A DNA stretch of 64,000 bases from a virus. The translations under genes were made by a program, and so were the position numbers. The notes under the pieces were generated by a model that saw only the letters and a list, made by a program, of their open reading frames with translations, was not told the DNA's origin and searched no databases. The stretch covers positions 96,001-160,000 of the IMG/VR virus record IMGVR_UViG_3300023199_000051. The stretch is one strand, 5' to 3'. Shown piece by piece: positions 36,648-45,173 of this stretch (the first letter of the stretch is position 1; the number at the start of each line of letters is the position of its first letter).

Positions 36648-37658
36648 ATGACACCGAAGCCGAATCCCGGCGTCGCTGGCGGACAACCGGGGACTGCCCC
36701 CGCGCAGTCAGCTAGTGCATCTGCCCCCCCTACACAACGAGACGGCACCACGCCGTCCGCTCAGCAGCAGGCAGCCAAGGTGCTTCACGTACCTGCGGTG
36801 GTCGTGGTCTACGGACCGTCGAAGACGGGCAAGACGACAGACCAGCTGTATTCCTTCCCCAATGGGCTATTCATCGCGGAGCCTGCCGCGCTCAAGCCCG
36901 CCCATCAGGTTGTGGGGTGGGCTCCACAGGCCGTAGAGCCTGCTTCCGACCTCGACGACATCTACAAGGTCATCGACAAGCACAGCAAGAACGGCATCGA
37001 CAAGCACGACGCGGTGATCATCGACGACTTCTCACTCGCAGCCGAGCGGACGCACTACAAGCTGGAGAAGACCAATCGCGGCAACGGCTTCGCTGTGTGG
37101 CGCAAGCTCGGGGAGAAGATCGCCCGCATCATCCTCAAGTGCCGTGAGATCGGCGTGCACGTCGTCTTCACATGCCACGAGCGAGGGCCGAAGGATGACA
37201 TGCCGGGTGGACCAGCCCTCCCTTCCAAGCGGCTGACGCAGGAACTGCCCAAGCACTGCGACCTCGTACTTCGGACAGCCTACGACCCGATCCGGCAGCC
37301 CTGGCCAGCTGTGTACAAGTGCGGGCTGGTGTCGGGGGGCAGCTGGGTGACCGGTGACCGCCACGGGGTGTGCCAGTCGGACACGCCAATGAACCTGGCG
37401 GAGATCCTCCGCAAGTGCGGTTTTCAGGTCAACCGCCCGCCAGGGTTCGAGTGGATGGAGAAGGTCGTCGCCCACGGCGCCAACCTCATCCTCAACGGCA
37501 GCAACGAGAACCTGGTGCTGCGAGACATTGGTCAGTACCTCCGCAACAATAGCGTCCAGGACATCTACATCGCATGGGCCTGGCGAGACATCCGTGACCG
37601 TGTGGAGATCGCCAACGGCCTCAACAACCGGCTCGGTTCCTTTGGAATCCAGCTGTAG
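36648..37658 (+). CDS. AAA_24/Sak4-like P-loop ATPase (phage recombination)
   Basis: VYGPSKTGKT, VIIDDFS and VVFTCHE; it lies between a Cas4-like nuclease and an SSB-like gene. Confidence 0.8.
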   Translation: MTPKPNPGVAGGQPGTAPAQSASASAPPTQRDGTTPSAQQQAAKVLHVPAVVVVYGPSKTGKTTDQLYSFPNGLFIAEPAALKPAHQVVGWAPQAVEPASDLDDIYKVIDKHSKNGIDKHDAVIIDDFSLAAERTHYKLEKTNRGNGFAVWRKLGEKIARIILKCREIGVHVVFTCHERGPKDDMPGGPALPSKRLTQELPKHCDLVLRTAYDPIRQPWPAVYKCGLVSGGSWVTGDRHGVCQSDTPMNLAEILRKCGFQVNRPPGFEWMEKVVAHGANLILNGSNENLVLRDIGQYLRNNSVQDIYIAWAWRDIRDRVEIANGLNNRLGSFGIQL

Positions 37659-37748
37659 TTCACCTCTACTTCCTCTCTGTCAACCATGGCCCATCGGCGG
37701 CGGGCCCACGTGTCGCCACGAACACTCGCACAAGCATGGAGGCCTCTC

Positions 37749-38456
37749 ATGGCCATCGGATCGTTCAACTTCTCACAGACCACGCCCGCAGGGCTCGGTC
37801 TCGACCTCCCGGAGGGGGTCTACGTCACCACCATCAAGGAGATCGAGGACCGCGAAGGCAACAACGGCCTCAACGCACGCTTCGCGCTGCAGGTCGACCC
37901 TGGTCAGGGAGGCACCGGCGTCATCTTCAAGACGCTGCGCTACCCCAAGGACGCCGAGGACAAGGTGCTGCCGTTCTGGCTGTCCCTGTTCATGTCGGCC
38001 TTCAACAAGACCGAGGAGCACATCAAGCAGGTCGACCTGTCGAGCGTCGACATCGCCCAGGTCCTGCCGGGTCGCAAGTGCCACGTCCGCTTCAAGCCGG
38101 ATGCGCGCACCTACACCGACAACGACGGCAAGGAGAAGACCGGATACGACGTCTCGGTCATCTCTCCGCAGGCCTACCAGGACGGGATCGCCGAGGCTGC
38201 TGCAGCTGGCAACGCCGGCATGGGCAGCAATCCGCAGGCGGCCGTGGGCGGCAACGCCGGCGCGGTCATGCCCAGCACTCAGGCTGGTGCGGCCTTCCAG
38301 CAGGCCGGCGGCGCCGGTCAGCCGATGCCCGCCAACGGCGGGGGGCAGGCAGTGGCGCCCGGCGGGGGCCTCGACGGCCTGATGAACCAGATGGGAGGCC
38401 AGTCGGCGGCTGGTAGCCCGCAGGGTGGCGGCGGCCTCCCCCCCGGTCTCGGCTGA
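37749..38456 (+). CDS. SSB-like (DUF669-like) protein with a Gly/Ala/Gln-rich tail
   Basis: ATG 37749 with a GGAGG RBS; LPEGVYVTTIKEIE; position after an AAA_24 gene. Confidence 0.6.
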   Translation: MAIGSFNFSQTTPAGLGLDLPEGVYVTTIKEIEDREGNNGLNARFALQVDPGQGGTGVIFKTLRYPKDAEDKVLPFWLSLFMSAFNKTEEHIKQVDLSSVDIAQVLPGRKCHVRFKPDARTYTDNDGKEKTGYDVSVISPQAYQDGIAEAAAAGNAGMGSNPQAAVGGNAGAVMPSTQAGAAFQQAGGAGQPMPANGGGQAVAPGGGLDGLMNQMGGQSAAGSPQGGGGLPPGLG

Positions 38457-38489
38457 TCTGAAGGCCATCCAGTACAGGTAGGTGAGGAG

Positions 38490-41400
38490 GTGAGCGTGCT
38501 CGGTGATGTCAGTCCCGCCGTCCCCTCCTCCCTACCTCTCGACCAACGCGACCCAGCCGTAGGGGCAACCGACCCCCGCGAGCTGGGTTGCCGCTGTGAT
38601 GAGTGCTACCTCGGGCGTCAGTTTGCAGCGCTGGGGCACGATGCTCCTGTACTCCCCGAGGTGCACAAGCATGATGCCGAAGTGGCCATCATCGCCGAGG
38701 CTCCGGGTGCGCAGGAGGAACGACGCAAGCGCCCCCTCATCGGACCATCGGGTCGCGAGTTGATGCGCGGGCTGTCGAAGTTCGGTATCGAGCGGCAGGA
38801 CGTCGTTCTAGACAATGGTCTGATGTGCTTACACGGAGACTCGAAAGTTCTCCTTGGGGATGGCACTGCTCGGCCCATCCGACAGCTTGTCGCCGAGAGG
38901 TACGACGGCGAGGTGATGTCTGTCGACTCAGAGGGGCAGCTGGTTCGCCGCCGGATCATCGGGTGGTACCGCAACAAGCGTGCTGGCCGTCGCCTCTTCA
39001 AGGTGTCGTCTAGACGGGCCAAAGGGGTCCGTGTTGGTGTAGTAGGGCCCATCGTCACAGAGGATCATGAGATCCGCGCAGTGGACGGCAAAGATGGCGG
39101 CGTGCGGTGGATCCCAGCGGCTGAGATTGCCATGCGTCCTGATCGCTACTCGGTCTTCACGCGCGATCCCCGACCGAAAAGTGGCTCGGCAGCAGCGGAT
39201 GTCGTTGCTGGAAGCCTCCTTGGCGATGGCACTATCTCCAAAGGCAAGCGCTGCATGCAGATCGGCCACGGGGCTGATCAGGAGGAGTGGCTTCGCCTCA
39301 AGCAGCGCGCGCTTGGTGATCTGGCCCAAGACAGGATCACGCGCGTCTCGGCGGACAAGCTCAGCGGCACCCAGGATGCCCTGTACTTGCGCACAGTGCC
39401 AAGCCGGTACTTTGCTGGCTTGCGGCATGATCACTACAACGAAGACAGCACACGCCGAATCCCCGAGCATTTTTCTCTCACCGCCCGTGCACTGGCAGTC
39501 TGGTATCTGGATGATGGGCACCTCCGACTCCGGCAGGGTAGGCGCCCCCGAATCTCCATCAACCAGACAAAGCTGCAAGGGCCTGATCTAGCGCGGTTGT
39601 TGCGTGCGTTAAAGCAGCGCCTCGGGCTGCGAGCTACTACAAGCTCCAAGGGGCGCATCTCCTTTGATGCCGCGAACACCCAGCGGCTGCTGGGGCTCAT
39701 TGCCGGGATGGTACCGCCGTGCTTGGAGTACAAGACACTCCCCAAGCTGCGAGGACTGTTCAACCCAGACTACTGGCAGCCTTCCACTGCAGTGTCGGTG
39801 GCAGATGATCCCATCATCGAGGAGGTTGAACGTCGCGGCACGTCGGTCTTCTGTGTCGACGTCGAGGAGACGCACAACTTCGTGACTACTGACGTGGTGG
39901 TACACAACTGCAGACCTCCCGACAACAAGCTCAAGCGCGTCATGCACGCACACGGCAAGATCAAGAAGGCCGCAGAGGCGAAGGCCAAGGAGCAGCGGCA
40001 AGAGAACAAGAAGCGCCGCAAGCTCGGAATGCCTCAGCTGCCCATTGAGCCGGTTCCGCCCTCCCCTATCGAGTGCTGCCGCCCCCACATCTTGCAGCGC
40101 GCGCAGCATACCCCGAACATCATCGCGCTGGGCGCGACGAGCTTCTACTCGATCACTGGAGAGCAGAAGGCCATTCGCAAGCTACGGGGGGCCTTCGTCG
40201 ATCGGTGGCTTGTCGAGGACAAACACGGCAACCTCGACGTGTGGAAGCCTCCTTCCAGCCTCCCGCAAGACGGGATCGCTGCCGCTACCCCAGAGGGCGC
40301 ACAGCACCTCCGCATCGTCCCCACGCTCCATCCAGCCTACGTGCTGCGCTCACCTGCGTGGCGTGAAGCCTTCCAGCAGGACATCGGCCGCTTTGTGCGG
40401 TGGATGAAGGGGGAGCTGGAGTGGAAGGAGCCATGGCTTGTCGTCAAGCCCAACTACCAACAGCTCAAGGATTGGCTGTACAGCGCCGATGTGTCTTGGC
40501 ACGCGACAGATGCCGAGACAGATCCGGTCGGCCGCCCAATGATCGGCAAGGACGGCAGGCAGCACGGGCCGGCACCTATCGTGCCTCAGATGCGGTGCCT
40601 GTGCTTCTCCTCTCCAGAAGGGAGCATGGTGGTCCCCTTCCGGTCCATCCGCTTCGTCGAGAACGAAGCGGGGGTGTCGACAGGGCACTACCGATGGCTC
40701 GGGCGACGGGGAGACGAGCAGTTCACCTTCTACCCCCAGGCCGAGGCCCAGGCCATCTGGGAGCTGATCCGGCACTGGCTCATGGACCCGAGCCGGTTGA
40801 AGGTAGGCCACAACAGCCGGTACTTCGACGCCGCCGTCTACGTCAACGAGTTTGACCTGCCCGGACCGCCCGCCAACCACATCGACACCATCATCATGTT
40901 TCGGGCTTACAACTCAGAGATCACGCGCGACCTGTACACGCTCGGGACAATGATGACCGATGTGCCCTCCTGGAAGGGAGGCGACAGCGGCAGTGTTGCC
41001 CTCAACACCAGGTCCGACATGGACCTGTGGGAATACAACGGCGTCGACGGAGCGGTCACCGCTCGGTGCGCGAAGAAGCTGCTACCGCATGTTCACCGCC
41101 GGCAGCAGCAATCCGTCGTCGAGATGGACTTCCAGGTACAGGAGATCGCGCGCGGCATGAAGCGCCTGGGCATGTACGTCGACGAGGACAAGCGGAAGGA
41201 GCTGGAAGCAGGCCTGCAAGGCCAGAAGCGAGCGCACCGTGGCCGCATCAAGGACATCGTTGGCTCCAGCGACTTCAACCCCAACAGCTTTCCACAGGTC
41301 GGCCGCCTGCTCTACGAGGACTGGAAGCTGCCTATACTCGGTGTGTCCGAGGACACGGGGGAGCCGTCAACCGATGACGACACGCTGCGAGCCCTCATCC

Positions 41401-43451
41401 ACGCCAAGGTACTCGATGAACAGCAGGAGGAGATGGTTCTAGAACTGCGGCGGCTCCGCAAGGTGAGCAAGGAGCTGTCCACCTACGTCACGAAGCTGCG
41501 CCCCTGGAACGACTACCGCAAGAACAGCAAAGGCAAGCTCGTCGGTGGTCTGGTGGGCCCGGACGGCCGGGTGCATCCCGACTACAATGTACACACACCC
41601 TCAACTGGCCGATTGTCCAGTTCAAACCCTAATTGCTTTGATGCGGAAACGGAGATCCTGACCAGCAAGGGATGGGTACGCTTCGACCAACTGCTTGAAG
41701 AGCACCGGAAGGGGGAGGCCCATCAGGTAGCTCAGTGGAGCCTAGACGACGAGCAGATCAGCTTCGTAGCACCCGAGGCGTACCACGAGCATGACTATGA
41801 CGGTGACATGGTGCAGCTGCAGCACCAGTCCGCCGACCTGTTGATGACCGGCAACCACCGAATACCCTTGCGAAACAGGAAAACGGGCAAGGTGAAAACG
41901 GTACATGCGATTGACATACCTCGCCCCAAGCGGTCCCCGTCCGACTGGCAGACGGTGCACGCGGGCCACTATGCAGGCGGGAAGGGCCTTGACCTGACTG
42001 AAGATGAAGTGCGCTTCCTTGTTGCGGTGCAAGCTGATGCCCACATCAGGAAGGATGGATACGGCCTGGACTTCGGGTTCTCTAAACCACGGAAGATCAA
42101 TCGCATACGGAGTCTGCTCCGCATGCTGGGCTACAACTTTTCGGAGTACCCAGGGGAAGACCGGACACGCTTCTACGTCCCGCTGTGCTATCGGCTAGAG
42201 CGGCTACTGAAGTGGCTTGGCCCCAAGAAGACCTTTGGCCCGTGGGTTCTCGACTTGTCCCGCGGCCAGTTGGACGTCATGCTTGAGGAGGCCTGGTTCT
42301 GGGATGGCTGCTACACGCGTAAGAGCCAGTTTGCCAGCTCGATCAAAGGAAACGCCGACTGGGTGCAGACCGCTATCGCCCTCTCTGGAGTTCGGGCCAA
42401 TCAACGAGTGTACCTCGGGAGCGTCAGCCCCAGCTACCAGGTAGATGTAAAACGGAGGAAGTACAACGCCATCACGCACAAGGCAGTCGTAGAGACCAGC
42501 CACTACACCGGCAAGGTCTACTGCGTCACCGTTCCGAGCAGCTACATCGTTGTTCGGCGCCAGGGCAAGATCACCATTACCGGCCAGTCACAAAACTTTC
42601 CGAAGCATCTTCGGTCTATGATCATCCCGGCTCCAGGGCACTGCTTCGTGGGCGCCGACTACGACCAGATCGAGCTGCGGCTGATCTGTGCTTTGGCGGG
42701 GGTCGAGAGCTACCTGGCTACCTTCCGCGGGGGTGGCGATCCGCACGCGGTGACCGCGCTGCTCATCTACGGCGACATCTTCAAGGCCGAGCTGCGGAAG
42801 TCCCTGACGCGTGGTGAGTGGGCCTTCTACCAGAAGACGGGGGCGCCACCGAAGGCGCAGGACGAGAACGCTACCGACATGTACGTGTCGCTTCGGAGGT
42901 TCGCCAAGACCTTCGTGTACGCCGTCATCTATGGCGGATCGGCGCAGACTATCTACAACTCGGTGTCTGCGGCTGAGGACGACAATGGCAACCTGCTCTT
43001 CCCTGACATGAAGCTGGGTGAGGTCAAGGCGTCGTACCGCTCCTGGATGCGCAACGCGAAGGAGATTCCCGCCTACTGGGACACGCTGACCACCTTCGCC
43101 AACAAGCACAAGTACCTCGTGGAGCCCATCGGAGGCCGGCGCCGTGACTTCTACAACCCCCGTCACGAGCGCAACGAGATCCTGAACTTCCCCATCCAAG
43201 GGGGTGCCGGCATCATCATGGGCCGGGGCCTCATCAAGCTCGTTGATGTGATGCCCTTCGACTTCGCGGGCGAGTTTACGGGCGTGGTCAATCAGTGTCA
43301 CGACGCGGTGACCTGTGAAGCACCGGATCGGGACCGCGACATCCGACTCGCCCGAGAGCGCATCCAGGAGAGCCTGGAGTGTGAGCATGGCGGCATGCAC
43401 TACACGGCCGAGGCGAGCAAGGCTGTCTACACCTGGAAGGAGGCTGCATGA
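38490..43451 (+). CDS. Family-A DNA polymerase with an N-terminal family-4 uracil-DNA-glycosylase-like domain, a 3'-5' exonuclease and two inteins
   Basis: UDG: AEAPGAQE, IGPSG, HPAYVLR. Exonuclease: DAETD, GHNSRYFD, YNGVD. Polymerase motifs A GADYDQIELR, B KTFVYAVIYG, C CHDA. Confidence 0.95.
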   Translation: MSVLGDVSPAVPSSLPLDQRDPAVGATDPRELGCRCDECYLGRQFAALGHDAPVLPEVHKHDAEVAIIAEAPGAQEERRKRPLIGPSGRELMRGLSKFGIERQDVVLDNGLMCLHGDSKVLLGDGTARPIRQLVAERYDGEVMSVDSEGQLVRRRIIGWYRNKRAGRRLFKVSSRRAKGVRVGVVGPIVTEDHEIRAVDGKDGGVRWIPAAEIAMRPDRYSVFTRDPRPKSGSAAADVVAGSLLGDGTISKGKRCMQIGHGADQEEWLRLKQRALGDLAQDRITRVSADKLSGTQDALYLRTVPSRYFAGLRHDHYNEDSTRRIPEHFSLTARALAVWYLDDGHLRLRQGRRPRISINQTKLQGPDLARLLRALKQRLGLRATTSSKGRISFDAANTQRLLGLIAGMVPPCLEYKTLPKLRGLFNPDYWQPSTAVSVADDPIIEEVERRGTSVFCVDVEETHNFVTTDVVVHNCRPPDNKLKRVMHAHGKIKKAAEAKAKEQRQENKKRRKLGMPQLPIEPVPPSPIECCRPHILQRAQHTPNIIALGATSFYSITGEQKAIRKLRGAFVDRWLVEDKHGNLDVWKPPSSLPQDGIAAATPEGAQHLRIVPTLHPAYVLRSPAWREAFQQDIGRFVRWMKGELEWKEPWLVVKPNYQQLKDWLYSADVSWHATDAETDPVGRPMIGKDGRQHGPAPIVPQMRCLCFSSPEGSMVVPFRSIRFVENEAGVSTGHYRWLGRRGDEQFTFYPQAEAQAIWELIRHWLMDPSRLKVGHNSRYFDAAVYVNEFDLPGPPANHIDTIIMFRAYNSEITRDLYTLGTMMTDVPSWKGGDSGSVALNTRSDMDLWEYNGVDGAVTARCAKKLLPHVHRRQQQSVVEMDFQVQEIARGMKRLGMYVDEDKRKELEAGLQGQKRAHRGRIKDIVGSSDFNPNSFPQVGRLLYEDWKLPILGVSEDTGEPSTDDDTLRALIHAKVLDEQQEEMVLELRRLRKVSKELSTYVTKLRPWNDYRKNSKGKLVGGLVGPDGRVHPDYNVHTPSTGRLSSSNPNCFDAETEILTSKGWVRFDQLLEEHRKGEAHQVAQWSLDDEQISFVAPEAYHEHDYDGDMVQLQHQSADLLMTGNHRIPLRNRKTGKVKTVHAIDIPRPKRSPSDWQTVHAGHYAGGKGLDLTEDEVRFLVAVQADAHIRKDGYGLDFGFSKPRKINRIRSLLRMLGYNFSEYPGEDRTRFYVPLCYRLERLLKWLGPKKTFGPWVLDLSRGQLDVMLEEAWFWDGCYTRKSQFASSIKGNADWVQTAIALSGVRANQRVYLGSVSPSYQVDVKRRKYNAITHKAVVETSHYTGKVYCVTVPSSYIVVRRQGKITITGQSQNFPKHLRSMIIPAPGHCFVGADYDQIELRLICALAGVESYLATFRGGGDPHAVTALLIYGDIFKAELRKSLTRGEWAFYQKTGAPPKAQDENATDMYVSLRRFAKTFVYAVIYGGSAQTIYNSVSAAEDDNGNLLFPDMKLGEVKASYRSWMRNAKEIPAYWDTLTTFANKHKYLVEPIGGRRRDFYNPRHERNEILNFPIQGGAGIIMGRGLIKLVDVMPFDFAGEFTGVVNQCHDAVTCEAPDRDRDIRLARERIQESLECEHGGMHYTAEASKAVYTWKEAA
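38826..39908 (+). mobile_element. Intein (361 aa) with a LAGLIDADG endonuclease, inserted in the UDG domain
   Basis: CLHGD...VVVHN followed by Cys; GSLLGDG and AVWYLDDG motifs. Confidence 0.9.
41634..42587 (+). mobile_element. Intein (318 aa) ending in Gly-Gln, inserted in the polymerase SSxNPNxQN motif
   Basis: CFDAET...VYCVTVPS..IVVRRQGKITITGQ followed by Ser. Removal restores LSSSNPN-SQNFPK. Confidence 0.9.
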
Positions 43452-43939
43452 CAGGCGCCGGCTTCTTCGTACAGCTGAGGCACTTCCGGCCCATTCCCGG
43501 TTTCCAGGGGTACTGGGTCTCCCACGACGGCCACGTCTTCAGCACCCGAAGTGGAGGGCGAGGGCACGGGCCCCGCCTTCAGTTTCTTACCCAGCGCCCC
43601 CACCCGCGCACGGGCCACATGCGCGTTGACCTCAAGGGAGACGCTGGGGCGCGGTACACCATCCAGGTGCAGCGCCTGGTAGCTTGGGCGTGGCTCGGGC
43701 CACAGCCCGAGGGCTCCATCGTGGCACACTGGGACGGAGACGAGGTGAACAACGCCTGCCTCAACCTCTACTACGCCACGCACTCGGACAACGCACTTGA
43801 CCGGGAGCACCACGCACGGGGTGATAGTGAGGCGCGTTCCGAGCGCGAGCTGCACGACTACTTCAGCATCGCTGACTACGACGACACCACTTGGCTCGAA
43901 GGAGTCGAGTACGAACCAGATCCGCGGTGGGGATTCTGA
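43448..43939 (+). CDS. NUMOD4-HNH homing endonuclease
   Basis: FRPIPGFQGYWVSHDGHVFS; VQRLVAWAWLG..VAHWDGDEVNN..NL.Y.THSDN. Confidence 0.85.
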   Translation: MTGAGFFVQLRHFRPIPGFQGYWVSHDGHVFSTRSGGRGHGPRLQFLTQRPHPRTGHMRVDLKGDAGARYTIQVQRLVAWAWLGPQPEGSIVAHWDGDEVNNACLNLYYATHSDNALDREHHARGDSEARSERELHDYFSIADYDDTTWLEGVEYEPDPRWGF

Positions 43940-43990
43940 TGAATCCTGCACCGCTCTGCGACTTGAACACGGCACCACGGAGACCGCACC

Positions 43991-44842
43991 ATGCCCTCTA
44001 CTGACACCCAGCACCACATCGACGCCGAAGCCTGCGCTTACAAGCGCGCAGGGCCGACCCCTCTCATGTACGACGTGCAGCAGCAGGTGTTCCGCCTGCC
44101 AAAGACCACCTGGGACTACCTGGTCGGCACCGACGAGGTGGATATCTACTGGCTCGACTTCACCCTGACCGATCACAACAGAACCTTCCGAGCGGACGCC
44201 GGCTTTGCAGCGGAACACGTGCAGATGTCGGGAGACTATGTCCTCTTCCCGGCACGGTGCTTCAAGCAGTACGGAGAGCAAGCGCAGCTCCCCAACGTCC
44301 GGGGTCCCGAGCTGCGCGTGTTCTTGGCTACTCCAAAGGGGTGGGGTGAGGATCTGCAGGGCTGTGCTGTGCGGCGGCTGGGCAGCTACCTTCAGGACAC
44401 GCATGCGCCAGCTGGCAAGCTCATCCGCGTGGTGACCGGGTATGAGGACTGGCAACACCGCAACGGACACATCAGCAAGCCAGGCAAGCATGTGTGGAAC
44501 CAGTGGCCCATCGACGTAGCAGCAGGCACCGTGAGCGGTCGGGAGCCCTTCGTCGGGAAAGAGGCGATGCGGGGAGATCCCACCTACCATGTCTTCGTCG
44601 TCCCGGTCGAGCCGAATGACCACGGCCGCCTGGACAGCCACGTAGGGATGGCGGCGGCCCAGATCGTCACGCACGCACTGAAGCTCGGGAAGCCGGTCTT
44701 CGTGTGGCGCGCGCCCGAGAGCCCTGATGATGACCTGCCCGACAGTGAGCTGGACAAGCTCAGCACGGTGAAGGAGGTCAGAAGGGACCACGACGAGAAC
44801 CTGTACACACGGGGCCATGAGCTTGTCTTGGTGGGCACCTGA
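43991..44842 (+). CDS. Hypothetical protein
   Basis: 283-aa ORF with a GGAG RBS. Confidence 0.7.
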   Translation: MPSTDTQHHIDAEACAYKRAGPTPLMYDVQQQVFRLPKTTWDYLVGTDEVDIYWLDFTLTDHNRTFRADAGFAAEHVQMSGDYVLFPARCFKQYGEQAQLPNVRGPELRVFLATPKGWGEDLQGCAVRRLGSYLQDTHAPAGKLIRVVTGYEDWQHRNGHISKPGKHVWNQWPIDVAAGTVSGREPFVGKEAMRGDPTYHVFVVPVEPNDHGRLDSHVGMAAAQIVTHALKLGKPVFVWRAPESPDDDLPDSELDKLSTVKEVRRDHDENLYTRGHELVLVGT

Positions 44843-44961
44843 TCCCGTAGTGGTACCAGCGGACCCGATGTGCTACAACGCTTGTAGCCTGTGGTACTAC
44901 ATGGGCAACACCCACCGACTGAACACGCGCACATGGAGACAAGCAGAAGGATGATGACTAC

Positions 44962-45162
44962 ATGCCTACAGACAACACCGAGGATGCGCGGGAGATCGTC
45001 AAGGTCCTCCGCGACCGAGGATGGACTGCCCAGGACTTCGCGCGCGAGACAGGGGCTTCCCTCCGCACCGCGTATCGGTGGATCCGAGGGGATCGTCAGA
45101 TCTTCTCGGCCTACCAACGCGCACTACGCGATGTCGCACAGCGGGAAGGACTCGCCGCGTAG
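44962..45162 (+). CDS. Small HTH DNA-binding protein
   Basis: GWTAQDFARETGASLRTAYRW. Confidence 0.75.
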   Translation: MPTDNTEDAREIVKVLRDRGWTAQDFARETGASLRTAYRWIRGDRQIFSAYQRALRDVAQREGLAA

Positions 45163-45173
45163 GGAGGTGTCCT

